A stretch of DNA of 64,000 nt, from the NCBI GenBank assembly GCA_043810695.1, contig JBDRNV010000005.1, positions 10,590 to 74,589 on the forward strand, given 5' to 3'. A model generated the notes under the pieces. The model did not search any database. It was not told where the DNA came from and was given only the letters and a program-made list of their open reading frames with translations. Below, piece by piece: positions 10,675 through 20,355 of the stretch (positions are counted from its first letter, which is position 1; every line of letters begins with the position of its first letter). This DNA comes from Nanobdellota archaeon (GTDB taxonomy: Archaea > Nanobdellota > Nanobdellia > Pacearchaeales > GW2011-AR1). Position numbers and translations under genes: made by a program.

Positions 10675-11724
10675 ATGACAGAAAAACAATATGGGGGTAA
10701 TACTGGAAGAGCAGAAGGAGATAGGTCTGTTAATAATCTTAAAACTAATAATGAAATAATTAACCAAAATAAAGCTAAAAAAAGCGATACCCCTTCTATT
10801 AATAAATCTAATAAGATTAATAGTTCATCTTCAAAAGAATCTTTATCAGATAAGGAAAAAATTATTCAAGCTGGAAAAATTTCATCTGAAGTTAAAAAAT
10901 ATGCAGCCTCAATAATAAAAAAAGGAGTTTCTTTGCTTGAAATAGCAGAGAAAATAGAAAAAAAGATTGAAGAGCTTGGGGGAAAGCCTGCTTTTCCTGT
11001 AAATCTAAGCATTGATAATATTGCAGCTCATTATACACCTGGTTATGATGATAAAACAACTGCAAGCGGTTTGCTGAAAATTGATATAGGAGTTCATCTA
11101 GATGGCTGGATAGCTGACACTGCTTTTTCAATGGATCTTGAAAATAACGAAGAGAATAAAAAACTTATAGAAGCTTCAAAAAAAGCACTTGAAGATGCGA
11201 TAAAAATTGCAAAAAAAGACGTTTTACTTAGTGATATAGGAAAAATAATTCAGGATACAATAAGTTCTTTTGGCTTTTCTCCTGTGATAAATCTTTCAGG
11301 GCATGGTATGGAACAGTACAAACTGCATTCTGGAATAACAATACCTAATACAGAAGATAAAAAAAATATTAGTTTAAAAGAAGAACTTTATGCAATTGAG
11401 CCTTTTGCAACAACAGGAAGCGGACGCGTCCATGACGGAAAACCATCTGGAATTTATGAATTAAGGGAAATAAAAAATGTAAGAAGTCCTATTGCAAGAG
11501 AAGTTCTAGAATTTATAATAAAAGAATATAGCACTCTTCCTTTTTGTTCGCGCTGGATTGTTAAAAAGCTAGGAACAAAAGCTCTTTTCGGTTTAAAACA
11601 ATTAGAAGAAAATGGGAATCTTCATCATTACAGCCAGCTTGTTGAAATTCTAGGAAGCAAAGTAAGCCAGGCAGAACAAACAATTTTAATAGAAAAAGAT
11701 AATACTATTGTGACTACTGAATAA
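10675..11724 (+). CDS. map: methionine aminopeptidase (type 2, archaeal) with low-complexity N-terminal extension
   Basis: Pita-bread-fold metal ligand context: AAHYTP, DIGVHLDGWIADTAFS, GHGMEQYKLHSG and AIEPFATTGSG. About 90 aa of N/K/S-rich N-terminal extension. Confidence 0.8.
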   Translation: MTEKQYGGNTGRAEGDRSVNNLKTNNEIINQNKAKKSDTPSINKSNKINSSSSKESLSDKEKIIQAGKISSEVKKYAASIIKKGVSLLEIAEKIEKKIEELGGKPAFPVNLSIDNIAAHYTPGYDDKTTASGLLKIDIGVHLDGWIADTAFSMDLENNEENKKLIEASKKALEDAIKIAKKDVLLSDIGKIIQDTISSFGFSPVINLSGHGMEQYKLHSGITIPNTEDKKNISLKEELYAIEPFATTGSGRVHDGKPSGIYELREIKNVRSPIAREVLEFIIKEYSTLPFCSRWIVKKLGTKALFGLKQLEENGNLHHYSQLVEILGSKVSQAEQTILIEKDNTIVTTE

Positions 11725-12178
11725 ATTCTGATTCAGGGATATAATTTCTAATTACTGATTCTAAAAAAGATTTTGCAAATGGATTACTAAGTTTAGGTAA
11801 GATTCTTTTTGCTTCATTTATATAAATAGCTCTTATATTTACATCTTTATTATTCACATTTACAGAGCAAGGATGATTTATATGAAATGTATAAAATAAA
11901 GCAATTTCGCTGTCTGAAAGTTTTTCAAAATCTTCTTCTGAAATTATTCTTTTTTCTGTTAAAGTGTTAGAATCTCTTGTGCTACCACAATCTGAACAAT
12001 TATATAAAAGAATATCTTCACCTAATGGATTAAATCTTGTTGGAATATTTAAAGAGTTAGATTGTTTTCCAAAATATGAAAATAATCTATCAGTTTTACA
12101 TTTTTCACAATGTGCAGATAATGCTCCTGAAAATTGCTCAGTATCTTCATTTGATTTTCTTTTTTCAAGATTTTTCAT
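11714..12178 (-). CDS. zinc-ribbon hypothetical protein
   Basis: CEKCKTD...CSDCGS Cys pairs. Confidence 0.35.
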   Translation of the reverse strand: MKNLEKRKSNEDTEQFSGALSAHCEKCKTDRLFSYFGKQSNSLNIPTRFNPLGEDILLYNCSDCGSTRDSNTLTEKRIISEEDFEKLSDSEIALFYTFHINHPCSVNVNNKDVNIRAIYINEAKRILPKLSNPFAKSFLESVIRNYIPESEFIQ

Positions 12179-12187
12179 TTTTTAGTT

Positions 12188-12550
12188 TTAATCTAACATT
12201 GATGTAATAGGATATTTTTCTTTTAATTTTGGATAATTATCAAAATTATCTGTTCTTTTTAATACAGTTTTAACAAGACTCCTCCCACAAGGGCTATTCA
12301 TATATAATGAACAAATTCTTTCATCATAACCAGATTTATTTATTTCATTTACAAGTCTATCATAACGAAGATTTTGTATTTTTGCTATACCAGCAGAAAC
12401 ACCAACAAGCAAAATACTACTAACTTTAATTATTCCTTCAGTTATGGCTGATTCATTGCTAGCAAAAAAGAGATTACACGTAGCATATGCTAAACCTGCC
12501 TCTACAAATTTATTTATTTTTATTTTATCTAAAAGTTTACCAAATCCCAT
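12188..12550 (-). CDS. hypothetical protein
   Basis: 120-aa ORF with no motif. Confidence 0.3.
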   Translation of the reverse strand: MGFGKLLDKIKINKFVEAGLAYATCNLFFASNESAITEGIIKVSSILLVGVSAGIAKIQNLRYDRLVNEINKSGYDERICSLYMNSPCGRSLVKTVLKRTDNFDNYPKLKEKYPITSMLD

Positions 12551-12613
12551 CCTCTTCCCAGAAACACCTTATTTATAAATCTTACTCTTTTGTAACTACT
12601 ATATAGTTATTAA

Positions 12614-14902
12614 TCATCCCAAATAAGAACTCTCAAGAGGAATTGCTGATTTTGCAGATTTCAAAAAGCTGTCTTCTATTTTCTTATAAACTTCAAGCAG
12701 TGGTTTGCTTACGCTTGGCTTTATTTTCTTTATGGCTTCTTCAAAGTGCTCTAATGTAACATTTTTTGCATCTTTACTCTCTCTTAAGGAAATCATTGCA
12801 GCCTCTCTTGTCAGAGCCTCTAAATCAGCTCCTGTATAACCATGTGTTTTCTTTGCAATCTCTTTAAGATTAACATCTTTTAAAGGCATTTTCTTAGTAT
12901 GTATATTCAAAATTGAAAGTCTTCCTTCTTCTTCAGGTGCACCTACAAGAAGCACTCTATCAAATCTTCCAGGCCTTAGCAAAGCAGGATCAAGCATATC
13001 TGGCCTGTTTGTTGCTCCAATTACAAGAACATCATTAAGGTCTTCAAGCCCGTCCATTTCTGCAAGCAGCTGATTCAAAACTCTCTCTGTAACTTTTGTT
13101 CCATATTCAGCTCCCCTTTTTCCTGCGAGTGAGTCAATTTCATCAAAGAAAATAATACAAGGACTTACTTGCCTTGCTCTCTCAAAAACTTTTCTCATTC
13201 CTTCTTCTGATTTACCAACCCACATACTTAACAAACTAGGACCTTTAACCTGTATAAAATTTGCTTCTGCTTCTTTTGCAATAGCCTTAGCAAGCAAAGT
13301 CTTTCCAGTACCAGGTGGACCATAAAGAAGAACACCTCTTGAAGGACGTATACCCATTCTTACAAATGTTTCTGGATATTTTAATGGCCATTCAACAGCC
13401 TCATTCAACTCTTGTTTAATTTTATTAAGTCCGCCAACATCTTTCCAGCCAACATTAGGTGTTTCAACTAAAACTTCTCTCATTGCAGATGGGCGAACAA
13501 TTTTAAGTGCGTCCATAAAATCAGCATGTTTTATTATCAACTTATCCAAAAGTTCAGGTGAAATTTGCTCTTCTGCATCAAGTTTCATTTTAGGCAGAAG
13601 TTTTCTTAATACATTCATAGCAGCTTCTTTGCATAAAGCTTCAAGATCTGCTCCAACAAATCCATGAGTCACAGCTGCAATCTCGTCAAGTTTAACATCT
13701 TTTGTGAATGGCATTCCCCTGCTGTGTATTTTCAAAATTGAAAGTCTTCCTTCTTTTCCAGGAACACTTAATTCTATTTCTCTATCAAATCTTCCAGGAC
13801 GTCTCAATGCAGGGTCTATTGAATTAGGACGATTTGTTGCTCCTATAACAATAACTTTTCCTCGAGATTTCAAACCATCCATCATTGTAAGTAGCTGGGA
13901 AACAACACGTCTTTCAACTTCACCCATAACTTCTTCTCTTTTTGGAGCAATTGCATCAAGCTCATCAATAAATACAATTGAGGGTGCTGTTTTTTCAGCT
14001 TCCTCGAAAAGGTCTCTAATTTTTTTCTCAGATTCTCCGTAAAACTTGCTCATAATTTCAGGTCCGTTGAGCAGAATAAAATTTGCTTCTGATTCATTTG
14101 CAACAGCCTTTGCAAGTAATGTCTTTCCTGTTCCAGGAGGCCCGTGAAGCAGAACACCTTTTGGAGGTTCAATACCAAGTCTTTGGAAAATTTCAGGATG
14201 TTTAAGAGGAATTTCAACCATCTCTCTTATTTTTTTAATTTCTTCACTTAATCCGCCAATATCTTCATAGGTTATTTCTGGAATACTTTCTTCTGTTATT
14301 TCAACAGCTTTTGGATTTAATGTTACTTCTGTATTTTCTGTTATTATTACAGGCTGATTTGGATTTGTATTTATAACTAAAAATTTAATCTGTGTAAATC
14401 CTCCAAGTTGTCCAAAGCCCATATTCCCAAGCATGTCTCCAAGCATGTCTCCGACTTCCCCTCCAAATTCATCAGAAAACACGTCTCTTCTTCTCTGAAC
14501 ACCTCCAAGAACAACAACATCACCCTTAAGAACAGCTCGTCCAAGTAATCCTCTTCTAAGGCTGTCTGATTCTGCTTGAACCATGATATTTTTCTGCGCA
14601 GGTGCAATAATTATTTTTTTTGCCTCTTTTATTTCTGCTTTTGAGATTTTAACAGCCTCACCAATACCTGTTTTTGCATTTCTTCTTAGAATTCCGTCTA
14701 TTCTTATTATCCCTTCTCCGACATCTGCAGGATAAGCCCTATCTGCAATTGCAACTGTCTCTCTGTTTCCTTTAATAACTATAACATCCCCTCTCTTTAT
14801 ATCAAGCTCTCTCATTACCTCCCCATCTATTCGTGCAACTCCTTTATACGCATCATCCTGTTGCGCTTCAACAACTTTAAGCTGAATTTCTTTTTTTATC
14901 AT
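12614..14902 (-). CDS. cdc48: CDC48/VCP-like AAA+ ATPase (two AAA domains)
   Basis: Two GPPGTGKT Walker A motifs, two DEID/DELD Walker B motifs, SRH regions, and an N-terminal double-psi barrel region. A Gly/Met-rich low-complexity linker ([22 protein letters not shown]) lies between N and D1. Confidence 0.9.
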   Translation of the reverse strand: MIKKEIQLKVVEAQQDDAYKGVARIDGEVMRELDIKRGDVIVIKGNRETVAIADRAYPADVGEGIIRIDGILRRNAKTGIGEAVKISKAEIKEAKKIIIAPAQKNIMVQAESDSLRRGLLGRAVLKGDVVVLGGVQRRRDVFSDEFGGEVGDMLGDMLGNMGFGQLGGFTQIKFLVINTNPNQPVIITENTEVTLNPKAVEITEESIPEITYEDIGGLSEEIKKIREMVEIPLKHPEIFQRLGIEPPKGVLLHGPPGTGKTLLAKAVANESEANFILLNGPEIMSKFYGESEKKIRDLFEEAEKTAPSIVFIDELDAIAPKREEVMGEVERRVVSQLLTMMDGLKSRGKVIVIGATNRPNSIDPALRRPGRFDREIELSVPGKEGRLSILKIHSRGMPFTKDVKLDEIAAVTHGFVGADLEALCKEAAMNVLRKLLPKMKLDAEEQISPELLDKLIIKHADFMDALKIVRPSAMREVLVETPNVGWKDVGGLNKIKQELNEAVEWPLKYPETFVRMGIRPSRGVLLYGPPGTGKTLLAKAIAKEAEANFIQVKGPSLLSMWVGKSEEGMRKVFERARQVSPCIIFFDEIDSLAGKRGAEYGTKVTERVLNQLLAEMDGLEDLNDVLVIGATNRPDMLDPALLRPGRFDRVLLVGAPEEEGRLSILNIHTKKMPLKDVNLKEIAKKTHGYTGADLEALTREAAMISLRESKDAKNVTLEHFEEAIKKIKPSVSKPLLEVYKKIEDSFLKSAKSAIPLESSYLG

Positions 14903-15393
14903 TTTATTTTTTCTTTATCTTTTTTAATTAGAATATTTTTATTATTTTCTGGATTAGCTGAATCATAAAATTGTCGTGCATGCAGAACAGGCTGATTATT
15001 TTTAATAACCTTATATTCTCTAGCTTTGATAACTCTAGAATCTTTATTTTCTCCAATATTTCCAAAGTTCAAACTTAATCTTCCGGAATCTTCAAAACAA
15101 AGTCTTACCATATCGTTCATTATTTTTTCCTGTTCTCTTATAAATAAAACAATTTCCTTGGGAATTGAAACAGCATAACTATTTCCGACGAGTCTCATTT
15201 TTACTCGAAATTCCTTGTTTTTTAGGTTTATAAATTTAGCATATTCCTGCTCATCTGCAGGATGAATTATTTTTTCATTGCATTCAGGGCATATTACAGT
15301 TCTTAGAATAAATCCATTCTTTTCTATCTCTGCCCTTTTCATCTTTAAATTACATTTTTTGCAAAGTATTGTATTATCAAAAATATCTGTCAT
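14899..15393 (-). CDS. zinc-ribbon + SpoVT/AbrB-like swapped-hairpin domain protein
   Basis: CKKCNLK...CPECNEK zinc ribbon, and a [14 protein letters not shown] AbrB-like motif. Its stop overlaps the CDC48 start. Confidence 0.4.
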   Translation of the reverse strand: MTDIFDNTILCKKCNLKMKRAEIEKNGFILRTVICPECNEKIIHPADEQEYAKFINLKNKEFRVKMRLVGNSYAVSIPKEIVLFIREQEKIMNDMVRLCFEDSGRLSLNFGNIGENKDSRVIKAREYKVIKNNQPVLHARQFYDSANPENNKNILIKKDKEKIK

Positions 15394-15396
15394 GTT

Positions 15397-15585
15397 TTAA
15401 TTTGTTTTTTTAGTTTTATTTTCAAGTGAATTTAATTTAGATAAAATGCCAAAATCATATCTCATTGGAATTATTGGAAGAGGTAATTCTCCACATATAA
15501 TTAACGAAGAGAAATCTATTTTTGGAAGTTCACTAAATCCTTCAGAGTAACCAAAATTATTTTCATTATATTTTCTGTCAACCAT
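15397..15585 (-). CDS. small hypothetical protein
   Basis: 62-aa ORF next to the Zn-ribbon/AbrB-like gene. Confidence 0.2.
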   Translation of the reverse strand: MVDRKYNENNFGYSEGFSELPKIDFSSLIICGELPLPIIPMRYDFGILSKLNSLENKTKKTN

Positions 15586-15626
15586 TTTTTATTTTTGTTT
15601 TTCTTTAATTTTTTTATTATAACAGC

Positions 15627-15642
15627 CGTGTCATATGACACG
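15627..15642. promoter_or_regulatory. perfect 16-bp palindrome CGTGTCATATGACACG in divergent intergenic region
   Basis: Seen directly in the sequence. Lies between divergently oriented genes, and is followed by two GATATACCT direct repeats (15669-15677, 15695-15703) and an AT-rich TATA-like stretch upstream of the 15780 gene. Confidence 0.3.
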
Positions 15643-15779
15643 ACTGGGGTTGAAAAGAGGTGAATGAGGATATACCTCTTGTATATACATAAAAGATATA
15701 CCTATTTAAATATTTCGGTGATTATTGGCTTTTTATTCTAACTGACAACTTTTAAAAACTATTAAGAGTTAAATTTGAA

Positions 15780-16424
15780 ATGGGTTCAAAAAAAGAAGGT
15801 GGTTTAAACAATATTAAAAAAATTCTAAAAAAATTCTGGCATCTTCTATGGAAGGATGATAGTTTTAAAGGATGGATTTTTTCTGTTATTTTTCTTTTTA
15901 TATTTATAAAATTTATATTTTTTCCCTTGCTAAGTTTAGCAACAGGAACAGCTTTACCTTTAGCAATTGTTGAATCCTGTAGTATGTATCATAAAGGAAA
16001 TCTGCTTTCTAATTTTAATTCATGGTTTGAAAGGCATGAAAGTAAATATGAACCTTATTTAATAAACAAATTAGACTTTCAGGATTTTTCTTTTAAAAAC
16101 GGATTTAATAAAGGTGATATTCTTTTTATAGTTCGAGCAAATCCTGAGAAATTAAAAGAAGGTGATATAATAATTTTTAATGCAAATCAAAGAAACCCTG
16201 TAATTCATAGGATTATAAATATAAGAGAAGAAGACGGCAAAAGAATATTTTCAACATTTGGAGATAATAATTGGCAGCAGCTTTCATTTGAAAATGATAT
16301 AACAGAAGAACAGGTAGTTGGAAAAGCTGTATTTAAGTTAGCTCCTTATCTTGGATGGGTGAAGTTAGTATTTTATGAGTGGCAAAAACCAGAAGGAGAG
16401 AGGGGTTTTTGTAAGGAAAATTAA
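15780..16424 (+). CDS. signal peptidase I (archaeal Sec11-type), probable
   Basis: N-terminal TM anchor, a Ser-containing motif CSMYHKG, and later GDIIIF...NPVIHRII resembling the SPase I GDIVVF...HRV boxes. Confidence 0.5.
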   Translation: MGSKKEGGLNNIKKILKKFWHLLWKDDSFKGWIFSVIFLFIFIKFIFFPLLSLATGTALPLAIVESCSMYHKGNLLSNFNSWFERHESKYEPYLINKLDFQDFSFKNGFNKGDILFIVRANPEKLKEGDIIIFNANQRNPVIHRIINIREEDGKRIFSTFGDNNWQQLSFENDITEEQVVGKAVFKLAPYLGWVKLVFYEWQKPEGERGFCKEN

Positions 16425-16478
16425 TCAAATAAAACAAAAGTTATTTAAATGAGCGCCTTTTAGGTTAAAAAAATCAAA

Positions 16479-16793
16479 ATGGAATTTTGTCCAAGATGCG
16501 GGGCTGTTCTTATACACAAAAAGAAAAGAGATGCTTGTCCTAGATGCAGTTACTCAGCAAAAGGCAAGATTAAATTAAAAATTTCAGAAAAAATAGAAGA
16601 AAAAAAGAAGATTAATGTTATCTCTGAAAAAGATTCAGAAGTTTATCCTATAATAGAATTAGAAAAGCCCTGTGAAGAATGTGGGAGTAACAAGGCTTAT
16701 TTCTGGACTATACAGACAAGATCCTCGGATGAAGCAGAAACTAAATTCTTCAAGTGCACTAAATGTGAGTATACTTGGAGGGAATATCGTTAG
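16479..16793 (+). CDS. tfs: transcription factor S (TFIIS/RpoM-type)
   Basis: N-terminal CPRCG...CPRC zinc ribbon, and C-terminal CEECGSNKAYFWTIQTRSSDEAETKFFKCTKCEYTWRE, the classic TFIIS Zn-ribbon with acidic hairpin. Confidence 0.85.
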   Translation: MEFCPRCGAVLIHKKKRDACPRCSYSAKGKIKLKISEKIEEKKKINVISEKDSEVYPIIELEKPCEECGSNKAYFWTIQTRSSDEAETKFFKCTKCEYTWREYR

Positions 16794-16842
16794 AATTAGT
16801 TTTTCTACTAAAATTTAAAAAGACTTAATAATTTTATTAATA

Positions 16843-17412
16843 ATGAACAAAGGATATGAAAAATTAAAAGAGGGATTAAAAGATTTTGAAGAAACTTCTG
16901 AAATAAGATTTGTTATTGAAGATTATAATGACATATTCTCAAATTTTGATCCAAGACCATTGCCTAAAAGAGGATTATCAGAGAATTTTCTCGCTGAAGC
17001 AAAAAGAGCCAGTATTGTTAAAGAAGCTGAAAAAGTAGATTGTATTTTTTTAGTTCCAAGAAAAGTAAGAGATTTTAAAGGAGAAGTAAAAATAATAGAG
17101 AGGTTACAAAAATATTTTAAGAAACATTTTAATCTTTTAAAAAATGAAAAAAATAAGACAATAAAGAAAGGAACTCTTTTTATAGCCTCTGGGATAATAG
17201 TAATGCTCCTCGCTACTTTTTTATTATTTAACTTCAAACAGGAAAGTTTTTTGACAAGTTTTTTTGTTATTCTTCTTGAACCTGCTGGCTGGTTTCTTTT
17301 TTGGGAAGGATTAGATTTAGTTATTTTTGATGCAAAAGGAACAGATGTAAATCTAAAATTCCACAAAAAGATGGCTCATGCAAATATAAAGTTTATTTCA
17401 AACTTAGATTAA
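16843..17412 (+). CDS. hypothetical membrane protein
   Basis: Two hydrophobic helices near the C-terminus and no motif. Confidence 0.35.
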   Translation: MNKGYEKLKEGLKDFEETSEIRFVIEDYNDIFSNFDPRPLPKRGLSENFLAEAKRASIVKEAEKVDCIFLVPRKVRDFKGEVKIIERLQKYFKKHFNLLKNEKNKTIKKGTLFIASGIIVMLLATFLLFNFKQESFLTSFFVILLEPAGWFLFWEGLDLVIFDAKGTDVNLKFHKKMAHANIKFISNLD

Positions 17413-17490
17413 TTTTATAAGTGTATAAAATGTGAATATGCTTTGATAAAATATAGATAAGATTTAATAAGTTAACTAAATTAAAATAAT

Positions 17491-18108
17491 ATGTCATTTG
17501 GTGAAATAACATCTTTCGTAACAAGAAATTTTACGGTTTCTGAAGGAATAGATTTAATAAAACCACTAGGATTATTTATTATTGGACTTGCGATATATGT
17601 TTGGTTTATCTTTAAATTTTACAGGTTGTTGGCAAGAAGAGAGATTTTTAAATTAGATATTGATGAAAAAAAACATTATGGTAAATTTAAAAGTTTTTTA
17701 CTTAGGTTTATATATCTTATAAGATATATCGTTATCTTTCCAGTTTTTTTATTATTCTGGGTTTTAATACTTTCAGTAATTTTGGCATTTTTATCTAAAA
17801 ATACTCCAATAGAAGGTATATTATTAATCGCAGTAGCATTAGTTGGGGTAATAAGATTTATGACTTATTACAATGAGGATCTTTCTAGAGATTTAGCTAA
17901 AATGATGCCTTTTGCTTTATTAGGTGTTTTTTTAGTTGACGCCTCTTATTTTGTAACAACAAATTCTATAGAAAAAATATGGCAATTTTTTGATTTATGG
18001 AAATTGATAGTTTATTATTTAATTGTAATTATTTTAATGGAGTTTGTGTTAAGAACACTTCGAGGAATAGTAAATAGTATAAAGAATAGAGGAAAAAAAG
18101 AAGATTAA
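17491..18108 (+). CDS. polytopic membrane protein
   Basis: Four to five hydrophobic helices. Confidence 0.4.
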   Translation: MSFGEITSFVTRNFTVSEGIDLIKPLGLFIIGLAIYVWFIFKFYRLLARREIFKLDIDEKKHYGKFKSFLLRFIYLIRYIVIFPVFLLFWVLILSVILAFLSKNTPIEGILLIAVALVGVIRFMTYYNEDLSRDLAKMMPFALLGVFLVDASYFVTTNSIEKIWQFFDLWKLIVYYLIVIILMEFVLRTLRGIVNSIKNRGKKED

Positions 18109-18119
18109 TATTATTTCTG

Positions 18120-18139
18120 AAATGGCCCCGATGGGATTT
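18120..18139. repeat. 20-nt direct repeat identical to the 3' end of the adjacent tRNA-Lys (ATGGCCCCGATGGGATTTGA); tRNA 3' fragment
   Basis: Exact copy of 18207-18226 lies 67 nt upstream. A further plus-strand GGGTTCAAAT T-loop-like fragment sits at 18191-18200. Confidence 0.5.
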
Positions 18140-18207
18140 GAGAGCTCACAAGTTCACTCTAATTCGCCGCTTCGCGACAAATTAACCCAAGGGTTCAAAT
18201 ATTAATA

Positions 18208-18325
18208 TGGCCCCGATGGGATTTGAACCCACGACACCTGGATATCTCCTCGTTTGTACAAGGAAATTCTGAACTTTTGATTCGAGTTAAGAGTCCAGTG
18301 CTCTACCAGACTGAGCTACGGAGCC
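18208..18325 (-). tRNA. tRNA-Lys (anticodon CUU) with ~44-nt intron at canonical 37/38 position
   Basis: The reverse complement folds as GGCTCCG / GCTC-AGTCTGGTA-GAGC / CTGGA-CTCTTAA-[intron]-TCCAG / GTGGG-TTCAAAT-CCCAT / CGGGGCC-A. The acceptor contains one G-U pair. Confidence 0.75.
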
Positions 18326-18374
18326 TTTTGCTGTTTTGTATATTTACTAGATTAACTTGCATATAAAAATATTC

Positions 18375-18569
18375 TTATTTCCTGTGCTTAAAGAACTCAA
18401 TAGCTCTAAATCTTTTCAGAACTTTATTGTAATTTCCCTGAGCAAGTGTTTTTGTCTTGGCTTCATTTAAAAGACGAAAATTATAACTACCGACAGAACC
18501 TTTTATTTTATTCTTTCCTGGATATTTCTTCCATCTCTTTTCTCTTTTTCCTTTATATTGAAGAACCAT
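18375..18569 (-). CDS. small highly basic protein (ribosomal-protein-like composition, family not assigned)
   Basis: 64 aa and very K/R-rich. No confident family match by eye. Confidence 0.3.
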   Translation of the reverse strand: MVLQYKGKREKRWKKYPGKNKIKGSVGSYNFRLLNEAKTKTLAQGNYNKVLKRFRAIEFFKHRK

Positions 18570-18693
18570 TTTTATACTATTTAATCAATTATTAACAGTT
18601 TAAATTTTTTATTATTAGTATTATTAACAAAAAAACCCGAAAAATAATAACAAATAAGTAGAACAAAACATTTCGGGGCGGTAGTTGTCAGAA

Positions 18694-18960
18694 TTATCTT
18701 ATTAGTTTCTGAATATTCTCAATTGCATCTGCGACTTCTTTTCCCTTCTTGGTCAACTTTATAATTTTTATTCGCCCCTTTTTTTCAAAATCGACCAAAC
18801 TCAATATCTCAAGAGTCTGCAGAATCTTTACAGCATGGCTGTATGTGCAGTCAACTTCTTTAGCCAAAATACTACCGTATCTCATTCGTGTGTTCTTTTT
18901 CAAAGAAACCAGCATCAAAGCAGGCTTTCTCCTAAAAAAGATATCAAAGTTGTCTTTCAT
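18694..18960 (-). CDS. winged-helix DNA-binding protein
   Basis: YGSILAKEVDCTYSHAVKILQTLEILSLV helix-turn-helix followed by a beta-hairpin wing. 88 aa. Confidence 0.45.
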   Translation of the reverse strand: MKDNFDIFFRRKPALMLVSLKKNTRMRYGSILAKEVDCTYSHAVKILQTLEILSLVDFEKKGRIKIIKLTKKGKEVADAIENIQKLIR

Positions 18961-19119
18961 TTTTCAACGTGTGTATTTTATTGTATATATCCCATAAGTA
19001 ATGTGCTTTTAAACCTTTTGGAAACTATATATTAAAAAGTTTATTTATGATTTAATTAGCTAAATTTTCCGCAAAATACACTTCACAATGTTTATTAATC
19101 AAAATAAATAACAAAAAAC

Positions 19120-19737
19120 ATGGAAAAAACCAAAAAAACAAAAATTCTTGCAGTAGGAGACATTCATGGAGACACAGGACTTGTAGAAAGGCTTGCTGAA
19201 AAGGCAAAAAAAGAAAATGTTGATATTATAATCCTTGCAGGAGACTTGACTATGGCAGAACAATCAATAGAATATCTTATTGGTCCTTTTGTAAAAGAAA
19301 AAAAACAAGTTTTACTTATTCCAGGAAATCATGAATCAGATTCAACAATTGAATTTCTTGCACAAGCTTATCAAGTAAAAAATCTACATGGTTATGGATT
19401 TAGAAAGAATAATTTAGGAATTTTCGGAGCAGGAACAGCTAATATGGGAATACATCAGATAGGAGATGAAAACATATTCAGGCTTTTAGAAAAAGGAAAC
19501 AAAGAAATTGGTAATGCAAAAAAGAAAATAATGGTCACTCACATACATCCAAAAGGAAGCAAAACAGAAGAAATCTTTGGATTTCAAGGCTCTAAAGCAG
19601 TAAGAAAGGCAATTGAAGAATTTGCACCAGATATAGCAATAAACGCCCACATGCATGAAGCAGGAGGAATGGAAGAAAAAATAGGAAAAACCTGGGTGAT
19701 AAATGTAAGTCGAAAAGAAAAAATTTTCGAGATATAA
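19120..19737 (+). CDS. calcineurin-like metallophosphoesterase
   Basis: ILAVGDIHGD, IILAGDL, PGNHE and HMHEAGG metal-binding motifs. Confidence 0.7.
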   Translation: MEKTKKTKILAVGDIHGDTGLVERLAEKAKKENVDIIILAGDLTMAEQSIEYLIGPFVKEKKQVLLIPGNHESDSTIEFLAQAYQVKNLHGYGFRKNNLGIFGAGTANMGIHQIGDENIFRLLEKGNKEIGNAKKKIMVTHIHPKGSKTEEIFGFQGSKAVRKAIEEFAPDIAINAHMHEAGGMEEKIGKTWVINVSRKEKIFEI

Positions 19738-19814
19738 ATTTTGTGTAACGCAACAAGAAGCGAAGAAGTAAGAAAACAAGAAATTATATAAACAATAATC
19801 CAAATAATAATTGT

Positions 19815-20255
19815 ATGGAACATCGATCTAAAGTTATATTAGTTGTATTATTTGCACTTATTGTTTTATTTATTGTGATATTTATGAATAATCGTTTTTG
19901 TAGTTCTGGAGGCGGAGCTTCCTATGTGTATGTTGATAGTACAAATCTACCTAATAATATATTTGCTTATTGTGACAAAGCAAACGAAGCAGATTACCAA
20001 TATTATTGTATGGGAATTGGTCATAAAAGTAACTATACTATCACAAAAGAGAGTTTCAAAGAATCTTTAAAGCCATACACTATTGCTGAAAGTAGGTGGT
20101 TCAGTGATGGATGTACTTCCTCTACCAATATTACTATATACACTGAAGATGGATCACACAACGCAAACAAAGAAGAATTAGATAAATTCTTACGCTCCTA
20201 TAATGAAACATGTAGTGGTTGTGTAAAAGAAATTATGATAGAAGCGTATTTCTAA
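19815..20255 (+). CDS. secreted/membrane-anchored cysteine-rich hypothetical protein
   Basis: N-terminal hydrophobic signal-anchor and eight Cys residues. Confidence 0.35.
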   Translation: MEHRSKVILVVLFALIVLFIVIFMNNRFCSSGGGASYVYVDSTNLPNNIFAYCDKANEADYQYYCMGIGHKSNYTITKESFKESLKPYTIAESRWFSDGCTSSTNITIYTEDGSHNANKEELDKFLRSYNETCSGCVKEIMIEAYF

Positions 20256-20355
20256 ATTTTGAGTTTTCGTGCCTAAATTAAAAATGGAGACTTCTGCCGC
20301 CGAAAATATCTTTAGATAAGAATTAAAAATAAAAAAGAAAAATAAAAGAAAAAAT

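Noticed and set aside
13704-14607. Antisense ORFs inside the CDC48 gene (13704-14042 +, 14377-14607 -)
   Set aside because: They are embedded in, or out of frame with, a high-confidence AAA+ ATPase gene and have no motifs.
18375-18569. Assigning the 64-aa basic protein to a specific ribosomal protein family
   Set aside because: I could not match it convincingly by eye to S30e, L34e, L39e, L40e or others, so it is left as a small basic protein.
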